A model generated the notes under the pieces. It ran no database searches and was not told the DNA's origin. It saw only the letters and a list, made by a program, of their open reading frames with translations. From Eledone cirrhosa (taxonomy: Eukaryota): a stretch of DNA of 64,000 nt. Every line of letters starts with the position of its first letter. Position 1 is the stretch's first letter. Of this stretch, positions 35,921 to 48,144 are shown piece after piece. The stretch is from NCBI GenBank assembly GCA_964016885.1, contig OZ024741.1, forward strand, positions 153,636,001-153,700,000, written 5' to 3'. A program made the position numbers and the translations under genes.

Positions 35921-36548
35921 TTAATAAAAGTTGCTGAAGAAGTGTATGGAGAAGAATTGTCAGACAAGCCACTCACATCCCATGTGTTGGTAGCTATAAA
36001 TGATGACGATGACATATATAGAATTCTACAACTCTACTTTAAGGAATGATAAAGTTGACTCATGGCAGCATATTGGTAGTTGTTAAAGCGTTAGATTAAA
36101 TGCTTTGCTGCATTTGTTCCAGTTCTTTGAACTCTGATTTCAAATCCCATTGAGGTTAACTTCACATTTCATTCTTTAGGGGTGGATAAATATAGCACCA
36201 GTCCAGAATATCAATCAATGACATGTTCCATATGTAAGGTTTAAACACTCAACCGTGAGGTTAATATTCAGGACCTATTCTCATGGCCATCATGTTCCTA
36301 TAAAGAATGAAACTAGTAACTTGATAGCTTTCTTTCTTTTCCTAAAGTGTGGGTTATAGTAACAACTTATGCTCAGCAGATTGGGATTTATTGTGTCGTT
36401 TGAGTTTATTGAACCAACCTTGAGTCAATTAGACCTGAACTACATAATGAATTAAATATCAGTAATTACCAGTGGCAAGGTAGGGGTACTGTAGTGACAT
36501 AATCATATTTTGGGCATTTCAACTTGGCAGAGGCTTGTCCCTCTCCAG

Positions 36549-36570
<22 letters not shown>

Positions 36571-36579
<9 letters not shown>

Positions 36580-39500
36580 GATCGAGTATCGAAAAATCGG
36601 CGCACGAGTTCACGAAAAACGAAATTCGATATGAGCGGCAGAGGGCTCAATAATTCAGATGAATCAGAGCTATAACTATCGTTAAAATACCGTCACATAT
36701 AGAACAAGTCTACAATCAACCATACGATTTAAAATCGATAAAGGAAGATTCGGGCCAAACAGATAAAAAATATCAATAAAACAATACGTCAATAATTTAA
36801 ATGAATGTAAAATCATACCCGGACCCACTAGAAAGGTGTTAAATCTAGCTTCATGGGTTTCTGTAAATCCTTAGACAGTACTCTATCAGCTCACATATAA
36901 ATATAAAAGCCTACTAGAATAAGTGGAACGGAGTTTACGTTGTCAACGAGTTTTTTCCTGGCGGCAGAGGAGTCAACTAGCGGTGAAAAACGCACATGGC
37001 ATTAGACAAGGGAGATGACCCCTATATCCGCGAAAACAATTCGAGTGAATGTGGAAATACACATATCGAATTAGAGTGCTCAATAGACATGTTAAAATAA
37101 AACAAAAGCTATTCATCACTCAATAGAATCGACAAAAAATGAGCAATAAAATTAACTGGTGGATAGCTATGTCCAGAGCTAAATATATTAGAAAGATCGA
37201 GTATCGAAAAATCGGCGCACGAGTTCACGAAAAACGAAATTCGATATGAGCGGCAGAGGGCTCAATAATTCAGATGAATCAGAGCTATAACTATCGTTAA
37301 AATACCGTCACATATAGAACAAGTCTACAATCAACCATACGATTTAAAATCGATAAAGGAAGATTCGGGCCAAACAGATAAAAAATATCAATAAAACAAT
37401 ACGTCAATAATTTAAATGAATGTAAAATCATACCCGGACCCACTAGAAAGGTGTTAAATCTAGCTTCATGGGTTTCTGTAAATCCTTAGACAGTACTCTA
37501 TCAGCTCACATATAAATATAAAAGCCTACTAGAATAAGTGGAACGGAGTTTACGTTGTCAACGAGTTTTTTCCTGGCGGCAGAGGAGTCAACTAGCGGTG
37601 AAAAACGCACATGGCATTAGACAAGGGAGATGACCCCTATATCCGCGAAAACAATTCGAGTGAATGTGGAAATACACATATCGAATTAGAGTGCTCAATA
37701 GACATGTTAAAATAAAACAAAAGCTATTCATCACTCAATAGAATCGACAAAAAATGAGCAATAAAATTAACTGGTGGATAGCTATGTCCAGAGCTAAATA
37801 TATTAGAAAGATCGAGTATCGAAAAATCGGCGCACGAGTTCACGAAAAACGAAATTCGATATGAGCGGCAGAGGGCTCAATAATTCAGATGAATCAGAGC
37901 TATAACTATCGTTAAAATACCGTCACATATAGAACAAGTCTACAATCAACCATACGATTTAAAATCGATAAAGGAAGATTCGGGCCAAACAGATAAAAAA
38001 TATCAATAAAACAATACGTCAATAATTTAAATGAATGTAAAATCATACCCGGACCCACTAGAAAGGTGTTAAATCTAGCTTCATGGGTTTCTGTAAATCC
38101 TTAGACAGTACTCTATCAGCTCACATATAAATATAAAAGCCTACTAGAATAAGTGGAACGGAGTTTACGTTGTCAACGAGTTTTTTCCTGGCGGCAGAGG
38201 AGTCAACTAGCGGTGAAAAACGCACATGGCATTAGACAAGGGAGATGACCCCTATATCCGCGAAAACAATTCGAGTGAATGTGGAAATACACATATCGAA
38301 TTAGAGTGCTCAATAGACATGTTAAAATAAAACAAAAGCTATTCATCACTCAATAGAATCGACAAAAAATGAGCAATAAAATTAACTGGTGGATAGCTAT
38401 GTCCAGAGCTAAATATATTAGAAAGATCGAGTATCGAAAAATCGGCGCACGAGTTCACGAAAAACGAAATTCGATATGAGCGGCAGAGGGCTCAATAATT
38501 CAGATGAATCAGAGCTATAACTATCGTTAAAATACCGTCACATATAGAACAAGTCTACAATCAACCATACGATTTAAAATCGATAAAGGAAGATTCGGGC
38601 CAAACAGATAAAAAATATCAATAAAACAATACGTCAATAATTTAAATGAATGTAAAATCATACCCGGACCCACTAGAAAGGTGTTAAATCTAGCTTCATG
38701 GGTTTCTGTAAATCCTTAGACAGTACTCTATCAGCTCACATATAAATATAAAAGCCTACTAGAATAAGTGGAACGGAGTTTACGTTGTCAACGAGTTTTT
38801 TCCTGGCGGCAGAGGAGTCAACTAGCGGTGAAAAACGCACATGGCATTAGACAAGGGAGATGACCCCTATATCCGCGAAAACAATTCGAGTGAATGTGGA
38901 AATACACATATCGAATTAGAGTGCTCAATAGACATGTTAAAATAAAACAAAAGCTATTCATCACTCAATAGAATCGACAAAAAATGAGCAATAAAATTAA
39001 CTGGTGGATAGCTATGTCCAGAGCTAAATATATTAGAAAGATCGAGTATCGAAAAATCGGCGCACGAGTTCACGAAAAACGAAATTCGATATGAGCGGCA
39101 GAGGGCTCAATAATTCAGATGAATCAGAGCTATAACTATCGTTAAAATACCGTCACATATAGAACAAGTCTACAATCAACCATACGATTTAAAATCGATA
39201 AAGGAAGATTCGGGCCAAACAGATAAAAAATATCAATAAAACAATACGTCAATAATTTAAATGAATGTAAAATCATACCCGGACCCACTAGAAAGGTGTT
39301 AAATCTAGCTTCATGGGTTTCTGTAAATCCTTAGACAGTACTCTATCAGCTCACATATAAATATAAAAGCCTACTAGAATAAGTGGAACGGAGTTTACGT
39401 TGTCAACGAGTTTTTTCCTGGCGGCAGAGGAGTCAACTAGCGGTGAAAAACGCACATGGCATTAGACAAGGGAGATGACCCCTATATCCGCGAAAACAAT

Positions 39501-40890
39501 TCGAGTGAATGTGGAAATACACATATCGAATTAGAGTGCTCAATAGACATGTTAAAATAAAACAAAAGCTATTCATCACTCAATAGAATCGACAAAAAAT
39601 GAGCAATAAAATTAACTGGTGGATAGCTATGTCCAGAGCTAAATATATTAGAAAGATCGAGTATCGAAAAATCGGCGCACGAGTTCACGAAAAACGAAAT
39701 TCGATATGAGCGGCAGAGGGCTCAATAATTCAGATGAATCAGAGCTATAACTATCGTTAAAATACCGTCACATATAGAACAAGTCTACAATCAACCATAC
39801 GATTTAAAATCGATAAAGGAAGATTCGGGCCAAACAGATAAAAAATATCAATAAAACAATACGTCAATAATTTAAATGAATGTAAAATCATACCCGGACC
39901 CACTAGAAAGGTGTTAAATCTAGCTTCATGGGTTTCTGTAAATCCTTAGACAGTACTCTATCAGCTCACATATAAATATAAAAGCCTACTAGAATAAGTG
40001 GAACGGAGTTTACGTTGTCAACGAGTTTTTTCCTGGCGGCAGAGGAGTCAACTAGCGGTGAAAAACGCACATGGCATTAGACAAGGGAGATGACCCCTAT
40101 ATCCGCGAAAACAATTCGAGTGAATGTGGAAATACACATATCGAATTAGAGTGCTCAATAGACATGTTAAAATAAAACAAAAGCTATTCATCACTCAATA
40201 GAATCGACAAAAAATGAGCAATAAAATTAACTGGTGGATAGCTATGTCCAGAGCTAAATATATTAGAAAGATCGAGTATCGAAAAATCGGCGCACGAGTT
40301 CACGAAAAACGAAATTCGATATGAGCGGCAGAGGGCTCAATAATTCAGATGAATCAGAGCTATAACTATCGTTAAAATACCGTCACATATAGAACAAGTC
40401 TACAATCAACCATACGATTTAAAATCGATAAAGGAAGATTCGGGCCAAACAGATAAAAAATATCAATAAAACAATACGTCAATAATTTAAATGAATGTAA
40501 AATCATACCCGGACCCACTAGAAAGGTGTTAAATCTAGCTTCATGGGTTTCTGTAAATCCTTAGACAGTACTCTATCAGCTCACATATAAATATAAAAGC
40601 CTACTAGAATAAGTGGAACGGAGTTTACGTTGTCAACGAGTTTTTTCCTGGCGGCAGAGGAGTCAACTAGCGGTGAAAAACGCACATGGCATTAGACAAG
40701 GGAGATGACCCCTATATCCGCGAAAACAATTCGAGTGAATGTGGAAATACACATATCGAATTAGAGTGCTCAATAGACATGTTAAAATAAAACAAAAGTT
40801 ATTCATCACTCAATAGAATCGACAAAAAATGAGCAATAAAATTAACTGGTGGATAGCTATGTCCAGAGCTAAATATATTAGAAAGATCGA

Positions 40891-40894
<4 letters not shown>
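36571..40894. repeat. Tandem array: 7 near-identical 615-bp units plus about 19 bp, inside (TA)n
   Basis: ttagaaagatcgag recurs at 36573, 37188, 37803 ... 40878; only one substitution seen (40799); (TA)n on both sides; no ORF of 60 aa or more. Confidence 0.97.
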
Positions 40895-40958
<64 letters not shown>

Positions 40959-41049
40959 GTAATAATAATAAATTTGAAGACTAAAATTCAAAGAGGGCTC
41001 GATAAGGATAAATATATATCAAATATATAAGAACCGTAGAGCAAATATT

Positions 41050-41181
41050 TATTAAAATAACAGATTAAAGTTTAAGCAAAGAATCACTGCTTTCACCCTT
41101 AATGGGGTCTTCTGAAACTCAGAAGATCCCGTTAAGGGTGAAAGCAGCGATTCTTTGCTTAAACTTTAATCTGTTATTTTA

Positions 41182-41185
<4 letters not shown>
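41050..41185. ncRNA. Inverted pair of hammerhead-like motifs with CAGAAGA core
   Basis: CAGAAGA-T-CCC gttaa GGG-T-GAAA-GCA...TGC-TT-AAAC on + (41120-41164) and mirrored on - (41069-41118). Confidence 0.55.
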
Positions 41186-41236
<51 letters not shown>

Positions 41237-42305
41237 TATATACATATATATACAGGTATAAACTTAGCAGAGCCTGTCCTTCACAGCTGATTTCTACCAG
41301 AGAAGGAGAGAGAGAGAGAAGGGGGAGAATTGACCTCAGTACTGGACTGGTATTTATATATATGTATTTTAACTTAGGCCACAAATAGCTGGAACAAATA
41401 CTGCAAAGCAAAGCATTCTGTTCTATATTCTAATAGCTCTGCTTATAGTAGTAAAATGATTGAAGACATAAATATATAACAGTATGGAGATCTGAAGGTA
41501 AACACAGAGTGATTATATAAGATGCATAGCAATAAAATGTAATGAGTTCTTTTGATCTTTCCTCACTAGCTGAAACAGAATATCACAGACCTTGTCTATT
41601 GGTAACCAACTAGATGTTTTAAGGTAAGAATCGCTGGCATGGAATTCCCCAGAATATAGATTAAATATTTTGTGTTTATCAATCGATATTGCTTTCACAC
41701 TTTCTGTCCACTGCTAGCAACTTTACGTATGAAATTTGTATGTGTGAAAATTGATTAAAAAATCAATATTGATTTTTTTACTTTTTATGTAATCTTGGTC
41801 TGATGCTGATTATGCTAATGTTGATTATGATTGTGGTAGTGGTGGTGATGAGGATAGGGTAGTAGTGGTGTAGTGGTGGTGGTGGTGGAAGTAGTAGTGA
41901 TGGTGGAGGTGTTGTGGTGGTGATGGAAGTGTAGTAGGGGTGGTGCTGGAAGTAGTTATGATGATGATGCTGACAATTTAAGAGTGTTTCAGTTGAGCAA
42001 TCAATTGAACTCCTTGTTTATGAAATTAACGTATAAGTGGCCGAGCATTCCTCAGACATGTGTACCCTTAATGTAATTCTCAACATGGCACAGTGTATGG
42101 CAAGGTTGATCCTGTGAATTACAGCTGCAGTCCACCCAACAGACTTCCACACAGTTTTTGTCTTCTACCCACCTTCACTTAACCGGTGTGGGTCAACCTG
42201 AGGCTATGATAAAAAAACACTTCCTCAAGATACCACACAGTGTGATTGAACCTAGGATCTAATGAGTACAAATCAAACTTCTTAACCATTTGACCATACT
42301 GCAAC

Positions 42306-42366
<61 letters not shown>

Positions 42367-43129
42367 CATCATCATCATCATTATTTTACGTCCACTTTTT
42401 CCCTGCTTGCAAGGGTGGGATGGGAACTGATTCTGGCTTGATTTCTACAGCTGGATGCCCTTCCTAACACCAACCTCATTTACAGTGAGTGCTGGGTGCT
42501 TTTTTCCCGTGGTGCCTACACGACCACTTTACAGTGGAATGATATGGACCCCAGTCCCTATCATCTCATTTCTACAGCTGAGTAAACTGGAGCAATGTGA
42601 AATAAAGTGTCTTGCTCAAGGAAACAACACATCACCTGGTCTGAGAATTGAACTCACAACCTTTCGATTGCAAGGCCAATGCTCTAACCACTAAGCCATG
42701 TGCCTCCACATATATATGTATATATATATACACACACACACATATATATGTATATATATATATACACACATATATATATACATATATACACACACATATA
42801 TGTGTGTATATATATATACAAGAAAAATTTTGATCAATACACAAAATATCGATCATATTGTCTGGTAATTGCTTGGTGACAAAACAGTTGTGAAAAGAAC
42901 TGACCAGAGCATAGATAGGAGTTAATATTACCTAGACAAATGTCTCCAAGACCATCTGTAGATATATAGATATAAAGGCACAAGAAAAGAAGAAAAATGA
43001 GCAATGAATTTACATGCAGTTGGTAAATACCGATTCCTAAGGCCTATTCAGTTGTTTCAAATCGACAAGAAATAATGCTGATTACCATTATTAGATAAAA
43101 GACAAAATTATTCTTATATAGTGGATGGG

Positions 43130-43452
43130 TGTTACACGAGAATGCTGAGGATGGGTCTGAACATTAATCAGTATACACTGAGGACGAAGAACTCAGAGCT
43201 GTACGGGAGCCTCCCAAAAGTCAGCTCAAGAGTAACACAGAGGAGACTGAGGTTAGCTGGACATGCTCGCTGACATCCAGAGTTGACACTGCACTCGGTG
43301 CTCCTGTGGGAGCCCCTGCATGGACACACTAGAAGAGGAAGACCAAGGTTAACATATGTTGATGCCCTAAAGACAGACACTGGTCTCTTGGAGATGCAGG
43401 ACATGGCAGCGATAATGAGGGACAGAGACCGCTGGAGAGAACTCGTCCATGG
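43130..43452 (+). mobile_element. 3' fragment of a different RTE-clade LINE (second copy 53970-54125 on -)
   Basis: YTRMLRMGLNI, RRLRLAGH and LLWEPLHGHTRRGRPRLTYVDAL...DRDRWR. Confidence 0.75.
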
Positions 43453-43454
43453 AT

Positions 43455-44750
43455 CTCCGGAATTTTTCCCGCCCTACACCTTGATCCAAGCTTCTCTCAC
43501 CCACACCCCTGTGAAACAGACTGCACCACAGCCCTCTCACCTCACCCCTGCCCTCCCAACACCCGTATTCCTTTCTCTCTCACCTACCACCCCATCACCC
43601 TACCTCTCCGGTGACATATCCTCCGTTCCTTCCGTATCCTCTCTTCTGACCCCCGTCACTTCTCGCTTTTTTCCAAACCCACCCATTACTGCTTTTAAGC
43701 GCACCAGCAACCTCCACGACCTCCTGGTTCACAGTTCTTTTTCGTCCTCTCCCACGACTCCACCCGGTTCTCATCCTTCTTCCCGTTCCTGCTGCAACAC
43801 TTGTCCCTTTATTTCCACCCTCACCACTCTTACAGGCCGTAATGGGTCTTTCCGTATCCGCCATTCCTTCACCTGCACATCCACCCACGTTGTCTATGCC
43901 CTCCAGTGTTCCCGGGACGCCGTATGGTGGACTGTTTTGCCGAACATTTGAGGGACATTAGACTCAGTTTGGATACTCCTGCCGCCCGTCATTTCTGTTC
44001 TCCTAGTTATTCTTCCTTACATGTTTCAGTCCTGGGTGTCCTTTTACATCATCGATCACAGGCCGCGCGCACTAGGACTGAACAAAGTCTGATTCACCGC
44101 CTTGGGTCCTATTCCCCTCTTGGACTCAACTCACCTCCCCAATTTCTCTAATACCCCGTCCATTATCACACCCCTAGATTCCTATCGCTTTCTCTTCATT
44201 AGCAGCTTCTCTTACAACTAATACATGCCGATACACACCCTTATATTAACATACTTTTGCTCATAGCTTCATACTTACATACACACACACTCTTTTACTC
44301 ACATATACATACACATTTCTTCTTAGCTTCGTATGGACCTATAATAACACACACACACACAGGCACACACACACACACACACACACAAACTCATACTTAC
44401 GCATGTGCTCAAGTATAGCTCTTTTTACAAAACGTTTTTCTTTTCCATTTCAGGTAGACGCGCGCCATCATCCACTTTTCTAAAAAACAAATCATACACA
44501 AAACGCCAGCAGCAAAAGTTTTGCAAGAGATGTCAACATGAATGGACCTGTTATTTTTATCTAAAGACATTTTTTCCAATTCCATCCCGCCCGTCCCCTC
44601 AATCTATTTTATTTCTCATTCTTTCTTCTGATGAAGGACTAGCCTCCGAAACGTTAAGACCCTCTTCCTGCTATATCAAGCGTTAACCTAATATATACCT
44701 TCCATATACTGTACCGATTATGTTGTTATTTCTGTTTACCTTTTACATAT
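43455..44750 (+). mobile_element. Penelope-like (Neptune-type) 3' remnant with GIY-YIG endonuclease
   Basis: PITAFKRTSNLHDLLVHS, CNTCPFI, FTCTSTHVVYALQC, FAEHLRDI, ARHF, EQSLIHRLGSYSPLGLN; YIG motif deleted; hammerhead downstream. Confidence 0.85.
44624..44659 (+). ncRNA. Minimal hammerhead ribozyme in the PLE 3' region
   Basis: TCTT-CTGATGA-A-GGA ctagcc TCC-GAAACGTT-AAGA; palindromic AACGTT stem III. Confidence 0.8.
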
Positions 44751-44963
44751 ATATATATACATAACAAAGGAAATGTGGTAAGGAACCAGATAGACCATAA
44801 CGCACCAGAGTACTCAATACTTAGGGTAGTAGAGTGGGAAATAGGAAAAAGTATGACCCCGACGGCAGAGCTCAAGCCGTTTCGACGGCTATTTCTGGAC
44901 TCCTTTTACATCAGTCCAGAAATAGCCGTCGGGGTCATACTTTTTCCTATATATATACATATA

Positions 44964-45146
44964 CAGGTAAAATTCCGTTATAACGAATACCATTATAACA
45001 AATTTTTCAGAATAATGAAATTTTTTTCAATTCCCGAGGTAAGAACAAACAAACACTCGATTTGTTTCGGTCGATCTCATTATAAACAATTTTTCGTTAC
45101 AACAAATTTTTTTATACCCCATGAATTCCGTTATAATGGAATTTCA

Positions 45147-45149
<3 letters not shown>
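44964..45149. mobile_element. Tc1/mariner-pogo-type MITE
   Basis: TA-CAGGTAAAATTCCGTTATAACG ... CGTTATAATGGAATTTCACTG-TA, 186 bp. Confidence 0.75.
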
Positions 45150-45198
<49 letters not shown>

Positions 45199-45219
45199 AT
45201 ACTTGGGGAGGGTCATATT

Positions 45220-46062
45220 TGTGTAATATTGCCAGAATTAATAACAGAACACACTCACTGTTTGGTTGGTTTTCGCTTTTCGCTTCTGTGTCTTTTATAT
45301 CGGTAATCTAATGTACTCGGTCCTCAATGTTGCCATTGACTAACCGACGGTCAAAAATAATACAGATACAATATAGACACAAACACATATATATAGTTTA
45401 TCATAAATCTTTCGTTGCACATCTGCAACATCGTCAGTGGTGCTATTGTTTCCTCCTGTTGAATTGTATGGCTACGCCATTTTTATTCAGTCTGTCTATA
45501 TATTTATTTATTTATTTGCTTATTTGTTTATTTTATTTTGTCTTCTTTGCGCATGCGTTTGCGTGTGTGTATAGTGTTTTGTTTGATGTGTGATGTGTGT
45601 TCGTGATTGGGTGACTAATGTGTGTTTATGTGTTTGTTGTTATTGTGCTTGTGTATGTATGTATTTATTTATTTATTTTATTTTATTTTATTTACTTATT
45701 TATACTTCTCTTAGGTCAGTGTTGTTTGTTTGGGTGTTGTTGTTATTCCATTCATTCTTTCTGTTTAGTCTTGGTCTTCTAAGTTCTATTTCACTGGCCT
45801 CTCTGATTTGCCTATCTGCTGGGTCATTTCTATGTTTAGATATTATTCTAATTTCTATGTTGTCTATGTTACCGTCATGTTGTTGTCTGGCATGTTCGTA
45901 TAGTACTGACCCGTTGTTTCATCCTTTTAGTTCCCCCCAGTGTTGGTCTATCCTTTCACCTATGCTACGAGCTCTCTCACCTATGTATGTTGTTGTCATG
46001 TTTCTGCAGGTACCCTCTGTACATCTTATGCTATAGACTACGTTTCTAGTTTTACAGTTTAT
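45220..46062 (-). mobile_element. Penelope-like 3' remnant (GIY-YIG) with hammerhead
   Basis: CKTRNVVYSIRC, TYIGERARSIGERIDQH, LYEHARQQH and RQIREASEI..RPRLN; hammerhead at 45393-45446 (CTGACGA-T-GTTGCA/TGCAAC-GAAA). Confidence 0.85.
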
Positions 46063-46092
46063 ATATATATATATTTGAAAAAAGGAAAAGAA

Positions 46093-46238
46093 TGACTTCA
46101 CTTGTAGTTCTAAAAAAATTAATTTAATTTTATAATATTATAATTTTACAATTCAGCTTTGTAGATCTACAAAACCAAATTGTAAAATTATAATATTATA
46201 AAATTAAATTAAATTGTTTAGAACTACAAGTGAAGTCA
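46093..46238. repeat. About 60-bp inverted repeat
   Basis: tgacttcacttgtagttctaaa...ttttacaatt vs aattgtaaaa...tttagaactacaagtgaagtca. Confidence 0.8.
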
Positions 46239-46520
46239 CTCTTCGATTTTTAAATATACCTAACTGTACCAAGGATTTCACACATTTTCCAATATATATA
46301 TATATATATATGTCTGTGTGGGTGTGTAAGGTGGCAATGTTGATGTCATGACAAAAATACTCCCAGTCCATGTTGTAAAGTGGTTGGTAATCAGAATGGT
46401 ATTAACAGTGGATGGACCAATAGAAATATTATTTCCTTGGTCTGATTTGACGAGTTCAACCCCACTTGGTAAGCGAATGAGGACTGGTATCTTGTTGATC
46501 ATACCATATTTATATATATA

Positions 46521-47747
46521 CAGGGTGTGGACGATATTTGTTCGCAATTTTCAACTGCTAATTTTATGCAAATTTTTTTTACTTCCGTTTTACTTATTTT
46601 CAGAATAATTGATTATGAATAATTTTGAACCTCCAAATTTGTGGAAGAGACACAGAGTTCTTCTTGGAATCCGCAGGACAAATAAGGAAATTTCAGACTT
46701 TCTCAGAGTCAGCAGGAGAATGATGGAAAAGGTCAGAAAAGAATTGGAAGATTCAGGATTTGATTACGAAGCAACATCAGAGAGGAAAACACATGATCAA
46801 CGATCTGACGCCTTCAGAACGCCCGAGTTCGTCGCTGAAGTTCAGGATATCATCAACCTAGCAAGTCGATGCGTGCCATTACAAGGGAGAAAGGCGTGGA
46901 TGAAAAGCTCATTAGGCTGGTGGTACATGAAGACATTCGCTACGTTTCTTACAAGATGAGGAAAGGACAATGTCTGTCAAAGGCGATGCAAGAAAAACGA
47001 CTGAAGCACGCAAAGAAGCTGATCAACAAGTTGAAACACCCACTGGAGCCAGACATGCTGTGGTTTTTCTCCGACGAGAAAAACTTCTGCCAAGACCAGA
47101 AGATCAACTCCAGAACAACAGGTGGCTTGCAGTCTCATCCAAAGACGTGCCCAGAGTCATGCAGACAAAGTTTCCAGCGACGACATTGGTCTTAGGTGTT
47201 GTCAGCAGTCAAGGTGACGTCATGCCACCTCACTTCTTCCCTGAGGGCCTCAAGCTGAACACCGATGGCTACATCCGCGTTCTGAGCAAGGTAGTAAAGA
47301 CCTGGATCGACCAGGTAGCTGCAGGTAGGCCGTACGTGTGGCAGCAAGACTCAGCGCCCTGCCATACCAGCCGAAAGACCCAAGCCTGGCTGTCAGAGAA
47401 CTTCGTCGACCACACTTCACCTGACAACTGGCCTCCCAGCTCTCCTGACTGCAACCCCCTTGACTTCTTTGTGTGGGGCGCAGTGGAACGAGACACCAAC
47501 AGATCAGCTGCAATACGAAAGACGATCTGAAGGCCAGGATCACAAGTGCCTTCAGGGGCCTAAGTCGGGGGGACAGTGACGAAGGCCTGTAGTCGGTCCC
47601 GAGGCCGCCTTGACGCTGTGATCAAAGCCAATGGCGGGTTTATCGAGTGAGATCGAAAGAACAAGTCATGAAGACAAACTGACCCAAGTTTGATAAATAT
47701 ATCTTAAAAAATAAAACTACTGTGTTATTTTTTCATAGACAGTAATA
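46521..47747 (+). mobile_element. Second DD37D/maT copy, frameshifted, right TIR missing
   Basis: Left TIR CAGGGTGTGGACGATATTTGTTCGCAA after TA; ORF pieces 46609-47530 nearly identical to 28070-29125. Confidence 0.93.
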
Positions 47748-47751
47748 TATG

Positions 47752-48060
47752 TATATTTATAGTTTGTTTACAAACTAAAGAATTTAAGGTATTTATTTAC
47801 TGACAATTGTTTCTACCTCTGTTACGCTACTTATAGAGAATTATTTGATATCTAAATAAACTCTGAGGATATCCATGGTCAATACTCACTAATGGCGAAT
47901 TATTAAATAAAATAATTCGATATAGGTAGCGGAACTCGAGTAGAAACAATTGTCAGTTAATAAATGCCTTAAATTCTTTGGATTGTAAACAAACTATAAA
48001 TATATAGCAGCTTTGCAGGATCCTCATTGTATTGAGCTAAAAACACGAGTAAATGAATAA
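47752..48060. repeat. About 90-bp imperfect inverted repeat plus tail
   Basis: tatatttatagtttgtttaca...gacaattgtttctac vs gtagaaacaattgtc...tgtaaacaaactataaatata; tail contains TATTGAGC and AATAAA. Confidence 0.75.
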
Positions 48061-48144
48061 ATTTACTCTTATTAATATTATTATTATATTATTATTTATA
48101 TATATATATATATATATATATCGTTCCATTTATATATATATATA

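Noticed and set aside
36656-36710. CAGATGA on the + strand of the 615-bp unit as a hammerhead core
   Set aside because: No GAAA, stem III and NUH arrangement follows.
36571-40894. Array as CRISPR, rDNA/5S/snRNA cluster or coding repeat
   Set aside because: Units are identical with no variable spacers, no recognisable structural RNA gene and no ORF of 60 aa or more.
41513-41715. Possible minus-strand exon (QWTESVKAISIDKHKIFNLYSGEF...)
   Set aside because: No recognisable homology or partner exons; needs RNA-seq or BLAST.
43283-43951. 222-aa ORF as a host gene
   Set aside because: Chance in-frame fusion of an RTE 3' fragment and a Penelope fragment.
44775-45311. 178-aa ORF
   Set aside because: Spans a repeat element, a MITE and a (TA)n run; not a plausible gene.
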